Origin: a virus | Taxonomy: Duplodnaviria > Caudoviricetes | Strand: one strand, 5' to 3' | DNA length: 64,000 nt | IMG/VR virus record: IMGVR_UViG_3300022824_000016 | Coordinates: 14,588-78,587 of that record | Shown: piece after piece, positions 1-9,890 of the stretch | Layout: every line of letters starts with the position of its first letter | Position numbering within the stretch: the stretch's first letter is position 1 | Position numbers and translations under genes: made by a program | Notes under the pieces: generated by a model | What the model was told of the DNA's origin: nothing | The model's input: the letters and a program-made list of their open reading frames with translations, nothing else | Databases searched by the model: none

Positions 1-555
1 CATCAGCCCGCACTTTTGGCCACAAATAGCCAATGCCCATTACGCTGGCATACTGCAAAACTTTGAGAATCTGAAAAGGAAAATCCGATTCCAAATAAAC
101 GCACTTTGAAACCTTGGTTAGCATTTCCGCAAATTGTTTATAAGCTGGTATGTCCGATCCATAGCCAGCAATTTCCCGAACTTCTGCCAGCGTCTCACAG
201 AATTTTCGAATGTCATATTTCAGTTCGTTGGTAACCAGTGTGGAGCGAGACTTATCCCTGAAAACAGCGTCAAAAATACGCATGTTCTGGCCCAACTCTT
301 TGTAACAAAGTTGTCCTTCAAGGAATCCTTCGCCTTCCTGAATCTGTTCTTCAACCCAACCGACACGTGTACTGCCGGAACTTTCGAATTTTGGTACTTG
401 CCATTGGGTTGTTTCAGGGTCCATGCGCGCATAGTAGGCAAATATAAGTTATTCGTCTACACCATTTTTATTAGCGCAGACTTTCCATGTTACATATACA
501 AAATATAAGTTTATCTATGTCGAGTTAGGTCCATAAATATACAAATTGAACTATA

Positions 556-945
556 TTAATGCCCTTTTTCATATCCTTCACTATGAAGATAACTAATTCG
601 GTTCATTTTGGTTTTGTCCGGTCGCTGATCATAGATTTCCAAATGTCGACGCAAGAATTCTCGATTTAGATTGTTTCTGGCATTGGCCATTTGATGAAGG
701 ATGTGATTGCGCAGATTAGAGCGGATCGGACCTTCAATCATTTCTCGCTGCTCATCTTCCATCTGAATTTTAATTGCTTCCTGTTTTCGCATGCGTTCTG
801 ACCACACTTCCGCATCATGCGCAGAGTTACAAACAATCTTCTCAAATCCATAAGGAGCTGGATAGCGCTCAGGAAGTCCCATACGGATCTCTCCGGTTGT
901 TCCGTCATACCAGTAAACTATTTTTGTGCTTAGTTGAGAATTCAA
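556..945 (-). CDS. Hypothetical phage protein downstream of terL
   Basis: 129-aa ORF overlapping the terL stop by 4 nt, same strand. Confidence 0.6.
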   Translation of the reverse strand: MNSQLSTKIVYWYDGTTGEIRMGLPERYPAPYGFEKIVCNSAHDAEVWSERMRKQEAIKIQMEDEQREMIEGPIRSNLRNHILHQMANARNNLNREFLRRHLEIYDQRPDKTKMNRISYLHSEGYEKGH

Positions 946-3900
946 TTCATTCCTCCAACAGAAACCTTATTCACAGAGCATGATTTCAAAACCAACGGCG
1001 GCATTTTTTCCTGTGGCAAAGCGTACCGCTTTTGCGCTCGGTCCGCAAGAATATCAAAATCATGTGCAGTAAAAAACGATTGTGCGGCGGCGCGTACACG
1101 ATCATCATGCTGCCCGCTTCGATGTTCCATCTTGGATATTCTTCCAGCCGCCGCATGGCGTTCCAGAGTTTTCAATTCCTCAATCAACCATTTTGATGAC
1201 GGTCGATACCAGCCACCATTAACAGCTTCCGTAAAGCGTGTCATCAGAATAGGCACACTCCATACGTTAGAAAACCATCCTTGTTTTTTTCCTGAATCGT
1301 CTTTGATCTTTTTGCTGTCATAACGCCGTGGAACATGGTGCCAATGGAATCCCATCAGCTTGAGTTGATGCTGGCATGTATCACCAGGACGTCCAATTTG
1401 TTCCACGCAAAATTTTACGCCGCGTGAATCCTGTGTATTCTCTCCATACCAGGCTGCCATGCAAGCCGCGAATCCCACGATCTGCGCAGAGTTGATCCGG
1501 TTCGATGTCAGTTCGGCAACCTGATAATCGAATTCATCGCCAAATCGATTCCGTGTCATTGATACGCAGGTTCTGTCTTCATCTTCTTTGCCAAGTCCAT
1601 CAGCCGTATCGATTCCGCAACTGTAGCTATAACCGGCTTTGGGTTCTTCGTACACCAGAAACTTGTCAAAGGTCTCCGTCTCAATTTCTTCGTTAACCGG
1701 CAAAAGTGGAATCAGCACCCACTTGTATTGCTGACCGCGATCTGAATTCCAGAGAATCCGTATACGGTCTTTATCATAATCAATGATCGATTCGTCCGGC
1801 TCAAAACCATCATCGATGGAATCGCCGGTAATCGCATAAGCTTGAACCGGTTTCTTTCTTTCTTTTGTATCGCCTTCCACTTCATAAACATGGTTCTCAA
1901 TTTCCTGAATTGTTTCAAGATCAAAAACGCTGTCGTGGACTCCCGTTAAAGCTTCAAAGTCATCGGCTGCCATCTGAGCCAACCAGATTTTTTGGGTGTG
2001 GTTCTTGCAAGCCTGAAGATAATTGAACTCCCAAAACCATTGCTGTTCAATCGGCATCCTCCAGTCTGCACCCACTACATTAGCCAGATAGGGAGTATTG
2101 CGAATGTAGAGTTCGCAACGCTGCACGTGCTTCCGCGTTACCTCCTGCCGCTTTCTCATAAAATCGGCAGGCACAGGAAATTTACGCACCCAGTCTGGCT
2201 CCGGATACAGATCCGGAACCATAGCCCAGGGAATAAATACCGGGCAAAGCCGGGACTGTCCTTTCGGCCAATCAGCTTTTGCCGACCGCCATGTATTTGC
2301 CAACCAGCCAGTATTGCCTCCTCCAGTTCCTTCAAAAACCATGAACAGGTTGCGCGACGAGTGGGTGGCACGCAGCAGACCTTCCTCAATTACCTTTTCC
2401 GGTTTGGGAATATCAGCGAGTTCCGACACATGAATACAGTTATGGACAGAACACTGCAATGTGGTGAAAGAATGCGCGGCATCATTTATTTCCACGTCGT
2501 AGAACGATTCGCTAAATCCTTCATCAACTTTTTCGATCTTCACATCAATTGCTGAACCATCTTCGTTGTAATGCCAGTGACGAGCTTTTTCGTGGGAGGG
2601 AATATGTTCAAAATTGAGGGCCATTCGATAGCGATAGCCACACATCCCCACCATTACAAGTTTCCAGGTTTCGCGCTTTTTACCACCCCATGGTGATTGC
2701 ATAGCTGCCTGGTGGTAGATCGATGCCCATCCGAAACCCAGTGAAGCCACCAAATCGCGCATCTGAAGCGTGATGGCTTCGCAGATACAGGGAGCAATGA
2801 CGTGATTGGAGTTTTTTTCGCAGTGGCCATCGCCATCGAGATAGCCCTTCAAGAGATAAAGGCAAAAATCGCGGCCTGCTGTCCAAATCCAATCTGGTAC
2901 ATGCTTGTCGTACTTACGACCAAAGTTTTCTGCCAACCAACGGGCCAACCATGCACAGGAAATGCAAACCTGTGAACCGTTTTCACCGTGATTCTTTGTG
3001 TGTATGTATTGGTCTTCGCCTAGCACTGCTTTGATTGCTGTTTCAGTTCGTATAGCCTCACGACGATGCACGGTGAAAGTTACTTCCGACAAATATGGCT
3101 TTTTGTTGAGTTTTCCTATTCCGCTTTCATGGCATGATCCTTCAGCAAGATAAAGCCCGGCAAGGTAGGCAACTACCGGCGAATACGTCAGTTCAAATTC
3201 AATCGCATGCGCTGCATCGATCTTTCCGCGCAGCATTTTTTGTAATGGTTCCCCATCGTTTTCAGCGCGGATTTCGCGGACTGGATAACGTACAAAATCG
3301 CCTACGCCTAAATCTTCTGCTTCGCACCAACCATCAGGAGTCCAGATGCGATGGTCGAGCGTTGATTCAAGCGGCTGATAGCATCCCCATAGCTTGAGTA
3401 TCCGTGTCGGTTCACCATGACGCGAAGTTTTGAAGGAACACTTTACTGCTGCCAATCGACCATCATGGGTCAAAACCCGGTCGCCAAGCGCAAGATCCTC
3501 AATGGCTTTTACACCACCATTAGCAACGCGTACAGGTGTACCCGGTACCAGGCAGGTCGGTGTCCAACCTTGTGCAATGCCGGTGGCCTGCATACCAGAC
3601 TGAATCGAAAGGACCGAACCATTGTCGTAGGCACCCTTCGGCAAGCGCCGCGGCACCAACCACCAGGGACAACGATTATAAGCCGTGTCCAAAATGCGAC
3701 CGATCAATTCCGACTTATCGGATTGCACGGAAGCCATCACGGCCTGAGTATGCGGAACAAAGAGTAAACGATGAAGGAATTTAAGCGCAGTTTTTGTTGT
3801 GACGCCAACCTGTCGCGCCTTGAGAATCATCAGTTCGATGGAGACCTGTTTTTCGTCAAAGCCAGCAATAACTCCATCAAATATTTTCTGAGATAATCGA

Positions 3901-4208
3901 TTTTGGAATTTAAAGATCTGGCCTTTTTCGTCGCAGACCCAGGCATAGCGACTTTCAAAATAGCCGGAGTCCAGACCGCAAAGTGCTTGCTCGTTCTCGA
4001 TCCAGCGCCAGATTTCCTTTTGACGTTTCTGCGTGATGGGACGTTGCAACGTGACATAAGAGGACCGGGAGTTGCTCTCGATCTTAACCAGAGAATCAAT
4101 GTACTGCTTAAATTCCTGTACCTGTTCCAGTGAATGATAAACAGGCATCCAGCCTTCGAGGGCTGCGAATTCGTCCAGATTGCGTAATACAATCCGTTCG
4201 CTATACAT
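942..4208 (-). CDS. terL: Terminase large subunit, interrupted by an intein
   Basis: ATPase motif ELMILKARQVGVTT, Walker-B-like IHVSEL after the intein, C-terminal nuclease motifs (GIDTADG, HDDRV). Confidence 0.85.
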   Translation of the reverse strand: MYSERIVLRNLDEFAALEGWMPVYHSLEQVQEFKQYIDSLVKIESNSRSSYVTLQRPITQKRQKEIWRWIENEQALCGLDSGYFESRYAWVCDEKGQIFKFQNRLSQKIFDGVIAGFDEKQVSIELMILKARQVGVTTKTALKFLHRLLFVPHTQAVMASVQSDKSELIGRILDTAYNRCPWWLVPRRLPKGAYDNGSVLSIQSGMQATGIAQGWTPTCLVPGTPVRVANGGVKAIEDLALGDRVLTHDGRLAAVKCSFKTSRHGEPTRILKLWGCYQPLESTLDHRIWTPDGWCEAEDLGVGDFVRYPVREIRAENDGEPLQKMLRGKIDAAHAIEFELTYSPVVAYLAGLYLAEGSCHESGIGKLNKKPYLSEVTFTVHRREAIRTETAIKAVLGEDQYIHTKNHGENGSQVCISCAWLARWLAENFGRKYDKHVPDWIWTAGRDFCLYLLKGYLDGDGHCEKNSNHVIAPCICEAITLQMRDLVASLGFGWASIYHQAAMQSPWGGKKRETWKLVMVGMCGYRYRMALNFEHIPSHEKARHWHYNEDGSAIDVKIEKVDEGFSESFYDVEINDAAHSFTTLQCSVHNCIHVSELADIPKPEKVIEEGLLRATHSSRNLFMVFEGTGGGNTGWLANTWRSAKADWPKGQSRLCPVFIPWAMVPDLYPEPDWVRKFPVPADFMRKRQEVTRKHVQRCELYIRNTPYLANVVGADWRMPIEQQWFWEFNYLQACKNHTQKIWLAQMAADDFEALTGVHDSVFDLETIQEIENHVYEVEGDTKERKKPVQAYAITGDSIDDGFEPDESIIDYDKDRIRILWNSDRGQQYKWVLIPLLPVNEEIETETFDKFLVYEEPKAGYSYSCGIDTADGLGKEDEDRTCVSMTRNRFGDEFDYQVAELTSNRINSAQIVGFAACMAAWYGENTQDSRGVKFCVEQIGRPGDTCQHQLKLMGFHWHHVPRRYDSKKIKDDSGKKQGWFSNVWSVPILMTRFTEAVNGGWYRPSSKWLIEELKTLERHAAAGRISKMEHRSGQHDDRVRAAAQSFFTAHDFDILADRAQKRYALPQEKMPPLVLKSCSVNKVSVGGMN
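2439..3554 (-). mobile_element. Intein with LAGLIDADG homing endonuclease (372 aa) in terL
   Basis: Starts CLVPGTPV (Cys219), ends VHN with a +1 Cys; LAGLIDADG-like motifs YLAGLYLAEGS and LKGYLDGDG. Confidence 0.9.
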
Positions 4209-4518
4209 TGATCTCCGGTTCGAAGAACGTCAGAATCTATGCCTTCACGGCAGAAGTCTTTGCGGCCCGCTTGCCGAGCGTTTTGATTCGTGGCGTCATC
4301 TTCTTCAATTGAACGAGTTTGGTCGAGTAGATCTGTTTGCCCTTTTTGGTTCTTGCCATGGCTTTCCTCCCTGGAACTGACTGCAAAACAGAAATGGCCC
4401 AAGCCATTTCTGACTTGAGCCATTGCTGATTCCCTGAAGGGGGGCATGTGTCTCGACTGTTGCTTTACATCTATACCCAATCTTTTTTTGCGTCAAGTCT
4501 TAGTTATAAAGCAACAAA

Positions 4519-5355
4519 TCATTCGCAGAGATTGTAGACCGACATGCAGGAACGAACCGGGAACAGTGGAATCTGATCCTCATCGACACTTTCTATGTAG
4601 CGAAAAACATCTGCGCAAGTTGGAATGGGAACCGTACGGCCGTCTTTGGTGATAACGGATTTTGAACAGAAGCGCGATGGAATCTTGTCGGACCGAAACC
4701 ATGTTCGATAGTTTTCTGGATCGTTCGCAGCCTCGTTGGCATGGTTCTCCAAGTCAATCAAACGTGTTTTCAGCTCGGGAAAGAAGCTGATTGCACGTTT
4801 CAATTCTCCCAAACCGGTCATGATGCAAGGCCAACAGCCAACTCTCGTTGCTCCCATAAGATAAAGTGGATTTGGGCGGATATTGTACTTTTCCATCATA
4901 GCGAAACATTGTTCTGCAGACCAGTGCAGCAAAGGCCGCTTGATCCAGTAGCCACCTGCATCATTGAGCCATTCCGACTCGCTCAACTTAGATCTGGAAT
5001 AGGATTCATCGGCGCGAATGCCCTGATAACTGGTCACCTCGTCATCCAGAGATTTAAAATAACGATGCAGCGGAAAAACTTTCAATTCCTGAGTGCAAAA
5101 ACGCGAATGCACACCGGGAACCATTTTTCGGTCAACGACTAATTGTACAAAGCCATCGGAATACTTCTCGCTCTTAAGTGTGACAAGAGCGCCATCCAAA
5201 ACCGTCTGATTGATCTCTTCAACGTAGGCATAGGTAAGTGGATGTTCCCAACCCGTATCACAAAACACAGCCGTAAATTCCGACAGATTTTCCTTTGCCC
5301 AAAGAATCAGAGCCGTCGAATCTTTACCTCCGCTAAAGCAGACAATGTTTTTCAT
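4519..5355 (-). CDS. Phosphoadenosine phosphosulfate (PAPS) reductase family protein
   Basis: PP-loop FSGGKDS, DTGWE, GIRADES and RVGCWPC motifs. Confidence 0.85.
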   Translation of the reverse strand: MKNIVCFSGGKDSTALILWAKENLSEFTAVFCDTGWEHPLTYAYVEEINQTVLDGALVTLKSEKYSDGFVQLVVDRKMVPGVHSRFCTQELKVFPLHRYFKSLDDEVTSYQGIRADESYSRSKLSESEWLNDAGGYWIKRPLLHWSAEQCFAMMEKYNIRPNPLYLMGATRVGCWPCIMTGLGELKRAISFFPELKTRLIDLENHANEAANDPENYRTWFRSDKIPSRFCSKSVITKDGRTVPIPTCADVFRYIESVDEDQIPLFPVRSCMSVYNLCE

Positions 5356-5360
5356 TCAAA

Positions 5361-6218
5361 TTATTCCTTTAGCAGTCTCTGCCGAATTGGTACCAGTTTT
5401 TCCTGCATCGAACTTGCCATAGGGAAAAGATCATCCAGATCGTCATCCTCGCCAAAGACGGCATTTGTTTCCTGCTCTTCTTTTTCCCTGGTGCCAGCCG
5501 GACCAAAGACTGCTTTGCCAATAAATGTTGGTCCCTTCGGCGATGGCAGGAAGCCAAGCGCAGTATCAATGGCGTTTCTGTCCTTATCACCACCAGGCAA
5601 CTGACCGTAAGTAATGCGTGCTTTGGTGATCAGCGGATGAGAAGAGAGGGCAATCACTTTGACCATGCTTGCGGAAGCGGCTTGCATCGCAAACAGAATC
5701 GATCCGGTCAACTGCCGAATATCCAGTTTGGCAGCAATCGCCACAGCCTCCCAGGGAATTCTTTGCCGATCTCCCTCGGGAAGCGAGTCGTACTTTTTGA
5801 GGAATGCCGCAATCACTTCATCCTGCGCCGAAAAACGCATTGCATTAAGAACGCCTTTCAAACCACCCTCAGCATTTTTGAAAAGCGGTGTGATCTGAGG
5901 AGCTTCCGCAACTTTTTCAGGCTTGATCTTCAGACGCTTCAATGCTTCCGCTACCCGATTCTCTTTCTTCAGCGGTCTCGGAACCTGTTTAACGTCCGAG
6001 GAATTCTTTTTCCCTGATTCCGATCCATTCTTCAATCGGTTCGTCGCTTGCACCCTGTTCTTCGCGGATGAGGTCTTCTTCGGTTGGAACACGAGTGACA
6101 ATCGCTTCCCGTCTTTTTGCTGGTTCAGGCCACTGTTTGGCGAATTGTCTTTTTTGCGTGTCATCGATACCTGCCAGTGCTTCTGCAATCTGTTCAAATG
6201 CTGCCACGAGTCGTTCAT
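5361..6218 (-). CDS. Hypothetical protein, possible terminase small subunit; true start probably near 5990
   Basis: Position upstream of terL; helical, basic N-part; the 5' end overlaps another credible ORF. Confidence 0.4.
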   Translation of the reverse strand: MNDSWQHLNRLQKHWQVSMTRKKDNSPNSGLNQQKDGKRLSLVFQPKKTSSAKNRVQATNRLKNGSESGKKNSSDVKQVPRPLKKENRVAEALKRLKIKPEKVAEAPQITPLFKNAEGGLKGVLNAMRFSAQDEVIAAFLKKYDSLPEGDRQRIPWEAVAIAAKLDIRQLTGSILFAMQAASASMVKVIALSSHPLITKARITYGQLPGGDKDRNAIDTALGFLPSPKGPTFIGKAVFGPAGTREKEEQETNAVFGEDDDLDDLFPMASSMQEKLVPIRQRLLKE

Positions 6219-6234
6219 CCAATTCTGTCGTCAT
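5989..6234 (-). CDS. Hypothetical protein
   Basis: 81-aa ORF coupled to the upstream ORF (4-nt overlap). Confidence 0.55.
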   Translation of the reverse strand: MTTELDERLVAAFEQIAEALAGIDDTQKRQFAKQWPEPAKRREAIVTRVPTEEDLIREEQGASDEPIEEWIGIREKEFLGR

Positions 6235-6560
6235 GGAAGATTCTCCTGTTCAACGCAAGGTTCCTCAATCCATTCAGCGTTTCCTTTAAACATCTGAATA
6301 TATTGTTTTCTGGTTTCATCGTCAGCATTTGTAATATACGGAAGCGCAGGATCATTCAACATGCCATCAAGCCGTACACGAAATATTTTTGGCGTAGCTA
6401 TTGATCCAACATCGGCATGAACCTCAAACATCTGCCCATCGCTTCTTAGCGCACGCAGATACTGCACTTCAAAGTGTTCTTCAGTTCCGGATTCGTCAAT
6501 GACGCGCACACCGGAAACCGGCTTCATCCATTGCGTCCTCAACCAGTGCAGTTTATTCAT
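6231..6560 (-). CDS. Hypothetical protein
   Basis: 109-aa ORF in the leftward operon. Confidence 0.55.
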   Translation of the reverse strand: MNKLHWLRTQWMKPVSGVRVIDESGTEEHFEVQYLRALRSDGQMFEVHADVGSIATPKIFRVRLDGMLNDPALPYITNADDETRKQYIQMFKGNAEWIEEPCVEQENLP

Positions 6561-6990
6561 TGCGCTTTCTCAACGATTCAGCGGCTTCCAGCTGAGTTCA
6601 TCAGGATCACTTCGGTGACGGCACCACTCACAATCTTCAATTCACCCGAGGTCCCGCCTGATGTGAATGTACGGATTTCTGTTTCAAAAGGCAGTTCAAG
6701 AGTCAGATTTGACTTCTTGGACGCTGTTTTCATCGGGTTGCTGCAGTCTTTGTGTTCGCAACAATACCATGGAGCAAACCAGCCTACCTTAACGCTGTGC
6801 CATTTATGTGCTCTGAGAATGCGTTTGTGACACAAGCAGCAGATGCGATGCGGATCGCGCGGTGGATTGAAGATCCTGGTGAAACGCTCCAACCATGTCA
6901 ACTTCTTTCGCTTCATGTTGAACCTTCTCCGCGCGCCGCCGCGCATCTTCCCGGAGGCAAATCCGGAACCTTATCAAGCCAACTGCATTG

Positions 6991-7431
6991 TCAGGCTATT
7001 TCCAATTCGTCTGGCTTTCCGGATTCAGCCACAACCGTTCGCCTGGCGTAATGCCGTTTCTTGACGACGATCTTTCCTTCATCATCCTTGGTCAGTGTCG
7101 GCACATCCTGCCCGCTGCGCTCACGCACTGCGTTCAGCCGCGTCTCCAGAGGAATTTCAACACGCGCATCCACCACGGTTTCCTTCACCGCATCTTCACC
7201 CAGCGCAGAAAAATCGGCTTTTGCCGGCGCACCCACAATGATCTTTGTCTTTACCTGCGCCAGATCCAGCCCGCGCAGATTCAGATGTACTTCAACCCAG
7301 CCATCGTAGCCACCAGGATAAGCATCCGATCCCCGCAAATTGCAATCCCCGCGAAGTTTACTATCCGTCTGGTCCAGCACATCGTTGATGATCTCTTCTC
7401 CCGTCAATCCTTCCACGTAATCGTCTTCCAC
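6991..7431 (-). CDS. Hypothetical protein
   Basis: 146-aa ORF with an AAAGG RBS. Confidence 0.6.
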   Translation of the reverse strand: MEDDYVEGLTGEEIINDVLDQTDSKLRGDCNLRGSDAYPGGYDGWVEVHLNLRGLDLAQVKTKIIVGAPAKADFSALGEDAVKETVVDARVEIPLETRLNAVRERSGQDVPTLTKDDEGKIVVKKRHYARRTVVAESGKPDELEIA

Positions 7432-7451
7432 CCTATACCGCCTTTCCTGAT

Positions 7452-7685
7452 TTAAGCTGCCCTCTCCCGGTCATACTTCGCCTTCAACGCCTGAAACTTC
7501 CTCAACGTCTCCGGCCACGGACTTACCTTCCCTGCCTCAATCTGCTGAACCGTCCTGCGACTCAACTCCAGCACCTGAGCCAGCCTTACCTGCGTGAACA
7601 GATTCTTCCTGCGAAACTCCACCCACTCGTGGCGCCGCTGCACACGCTCCTTCAAATCTTCTTCGCTCGGCTTCGGTCTCGGCAT
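7452..7685 (-). CDS. XRE-family helix-turn-helix regulator
   Basis: FTQVRLAQVLELSRRTVQQIEAGKVSP HTH pattern; ATG at 7685 with a GAGG RBS. Confidence 0.8.
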   Translation of the reverse strand: MPRPKPSEEDLKERVQRRHEWVEFRRKNLFTQVRLAQVLELSRRTVQQIEAGKVSPWPETLRKFQALKAKYDRERAA

Positions 7686-7719
7686 ACCGCCCTCACTGCT
7701 TCCTAACTTCCATCTAATT

Positions 7720-7922
7720 CTGCGCCCTGTCAAGACCATTTTTTCTCTATCACCTGCTAACTCAAAAGTTCCACATGGAACCTCTGCGCCCCACGAAATC
7801 CGCCCCTCTACACCTACAATCCTTTCCTAACTCTGCGCCTTGATAACTCTGCGCTAAGTCTGCGCTTCTTTCGTTTTTCCCACCAAAATTTTTTAGTAGA
7901 ATAGTCTGCGCCCAAACTGCGC
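7720..7922. repeat. Seven CTGCGC direct repeats
   Basis: CTGCGC at 7720, 7784, 7833, 7849, 7860, 7906 and 7917. Confidence 0.7.
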
Positions 7923-8425
7923 CCTGACCCCTCACCTACAAAATATTTTTCAGAACTCAAAGGCGTCATAGGCATCGCCACCCCCCCGGGGGGCCTGACA
8001 ACTCAAAACGCGACAATATGGCCCGCTTATGCGCGAATCAGAGACAATGCCGCAACCACCGCGCACCCACCGTTTGGTGTAGTTGCTGTAGAGGGATTCA
8101 AACGCGCATCATATATATAGAGATACAAGCCGCACACACGAAACTATACACAAACATATACGGAATTCCTCACTATTGCCTCCAGCACGCCGCGCACAGC
8201 CTCTGTATACATGCGCCTGCTCTGTGCATCTACGCGTGCACTGCGCAGCGCTCACGCGCCTGCAGGGCAGGTTTGAACGCTGTTCTGCGCTCTCTTTTGA
8301 TAGGCGGCCAGGAATTTCGTTCCAGCGTCGAAAAGGTTTCATTTCATGCGGATGTTTTGCGGCGTTGTGTGTGCACAATTGGGGTGTGTTTGTATTTTGA
8401 GATTGGAGTTTGTTGTGCGGGTGAA

Positions 8426-8665
8426 TATCAGGTTTTGGTGATAATTGCAGGGAAAGTGGGTTTGTGTTGTTGGTGGAGAGTGAATGTATATAGCGTATAG
8501 AGGGATTGTATTAGGCTGACGGTTTTCGACGGGTGCCGGTGAAGCGGGCAGCTTCGGGCATAAGTGAATGTGCAAAGCAGAGCAAGCGTTTTGTTTTGGT
8601 CTGTGTGTGTGTTTGGGATGCAGTTGTTGAGTGATTATCACGTTTTGGTGATATTTACAGGAAAG
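8426..8665. repeat. Imperfect ~210-bp-spaced duplication, each copy with TATCA-N8-TGATA
   Basis: TATCAGGTTTTGGTGATAATTGCAGGGAAAG (8426) versus TATCACGTTTTGGTGATATTTACAGGAAAG (8636). Confidence 0.65.
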
Positions 8666-8784
8666 GTACGAAAGAGGTTTTTTGTGGTGGAGTTGTAATA
8701 CAGAGAGAGTGTGTATATAGGTAGAGAGTTGTATGAAGGGGCGCGGTTTTCGGCACCTGTCGGCAGTCCGGATTCTGGATTCTG

Positions 8785-9018
8785 CTAGTCTTTCGGCGGT
8801 TTGCACATATAGCATTTACAGCCCGGCGCATGAGCTGGGCGCGTATAGTTGGCGGTTTCCGGCAGGCGTGGTGCGGTCTGGTGGTGGTCTTTGGGCGAGA
8901 GTCCACGCTCTATTAAGATGATGGCGGTTTTGTGAACGGTTTCGCCCTGCTTTTTTGCATACGCTTCCAGCGCATCATAAAGCGCATCGGTTAACCGGGC
9001 GGAAAGCATTTTAGACAT
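8785..9018 (-). CDS. Ribbon-helix-helix (CopG/Arc-like) regulator
   Basis: MLSARLTDALYDALEAYAKKQGETVHKTAIILIERGL beta-alpha-alpha pattern. Confidence 0.65.
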   Translation of the reverse strand: MSKMLSARLTDALYDALEAYAKKQGETVHKTAIILIERGLSPKDHHQTAPRLPETANYTRPAHAPGCKCYMCKPPKD

Positions 9019-9088
9019 AGAGCAACTGTATTATAGTGCGCGGTTTTCGGCACAAAAAAACAGCCCGCCGGATCTGGACGGGCTGGGG

Positions 9089-9105
9089 AGTCCAGATTCT
9101 GGACT
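9089..9105. promoter_or_regulatory. 17-bp palindrome AGTCCAGATTCTGGACT (representative of at least 8 copies)
   Basis: Related copies at 8765, 12288, 14155, 17647, 21486, 32577 and 56882. Confidence 0.7.
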
Positions 9106-9107
9106 GC

Positions 9108-9338
9108 CTAACTCTTCAGACTTTTTCGCGCGCGCCAGTATGGCCCATCATCATACAATTCCCAACCTACCGGGAGCACAGCTGCGCATTCTTTCAGGTT
9201 AGGGGACGGTCCTACGGCTTCTTTCGTGCGTGGATCCATCGCAACAAAAGAAAGATTACCGTCGCCTGGTGCATATGAATGAATGATTGCGGTGCGGTCC
9301 CCATCCTCATCCCTACGGTCAATAATCGGGCGCGTCAT
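9108..9338 (-). CDS. Hypothetical protein
   Basis: 76-aa ORF with a GAGG RBS. Confidence 0.5.
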   Translation of the reverse strand: MTRPIIDRRDEDGDRTAIIHSYAPGDGNLSFVAMDPRTKEAVGPSPNLKECAAVLPVGWELYDDGPYWRARKSLKS

Positions 9339-9890
9339 GATTCCTCAATTCTGCCGGATTACCGGCGATTTTCTGTAAATATCAGGAAAACCCGATATTT
9401 ACTTACACTTTCCACTATACCGGTCCACCCTTCCGAAACTACGCACCTTAGTGCGTTTATTTATTGTTCACTTTAACGCGTTTTTATGTTGACACTATGG
9501 TGAAGAAAGGCGCAAAGTAAAGAAGTAATGCGGCATGGTTGAGCGCTTCACCGCTCACAGCCCGGAAAGGATCAAAATGAAAATTTTCCTCTTTGCACAG
9601 CCGTTACCTATTGAGCCAGTCAGACAGCCTATCGGACCGCATTTTGATTATGTGAATCAGGCATGGACGATGAACGGGCGATATATCGCCTGTGAGCATC
9701 CCGGCAAATGCAACTGCTACGGCACTCGGCACGCGGGCGAACTCGCACCGATTGAAAATCTGCCCACCGCTAACGATTGACGGGGTTTTTCCCGTCCACC
9801 AGATAAAACGGTGCTGGTGCTGAATAAGCGCGACTCAGCGAAGTCTAAGCGCGAAACGGGAACATAGTTCCGAGAATCAGGGGATTCAGA

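Noticed and set aside
8018-8921. ORFs in the 8.0-8.9 kb region
   Set aside because: Low-complexity skewed sequence, no RBS or motifs, overlapping on both strands
9512-9529. Self-targeting: 12-nt and 9-nt matches of two satellite-array-3 spacers to a TTGACA-containing promoter region
   Set aside because: Matches of this length are expected by chance in 64 kb and fall at the PAM-distal end of the guides; a proper computational spacer scan is still needed
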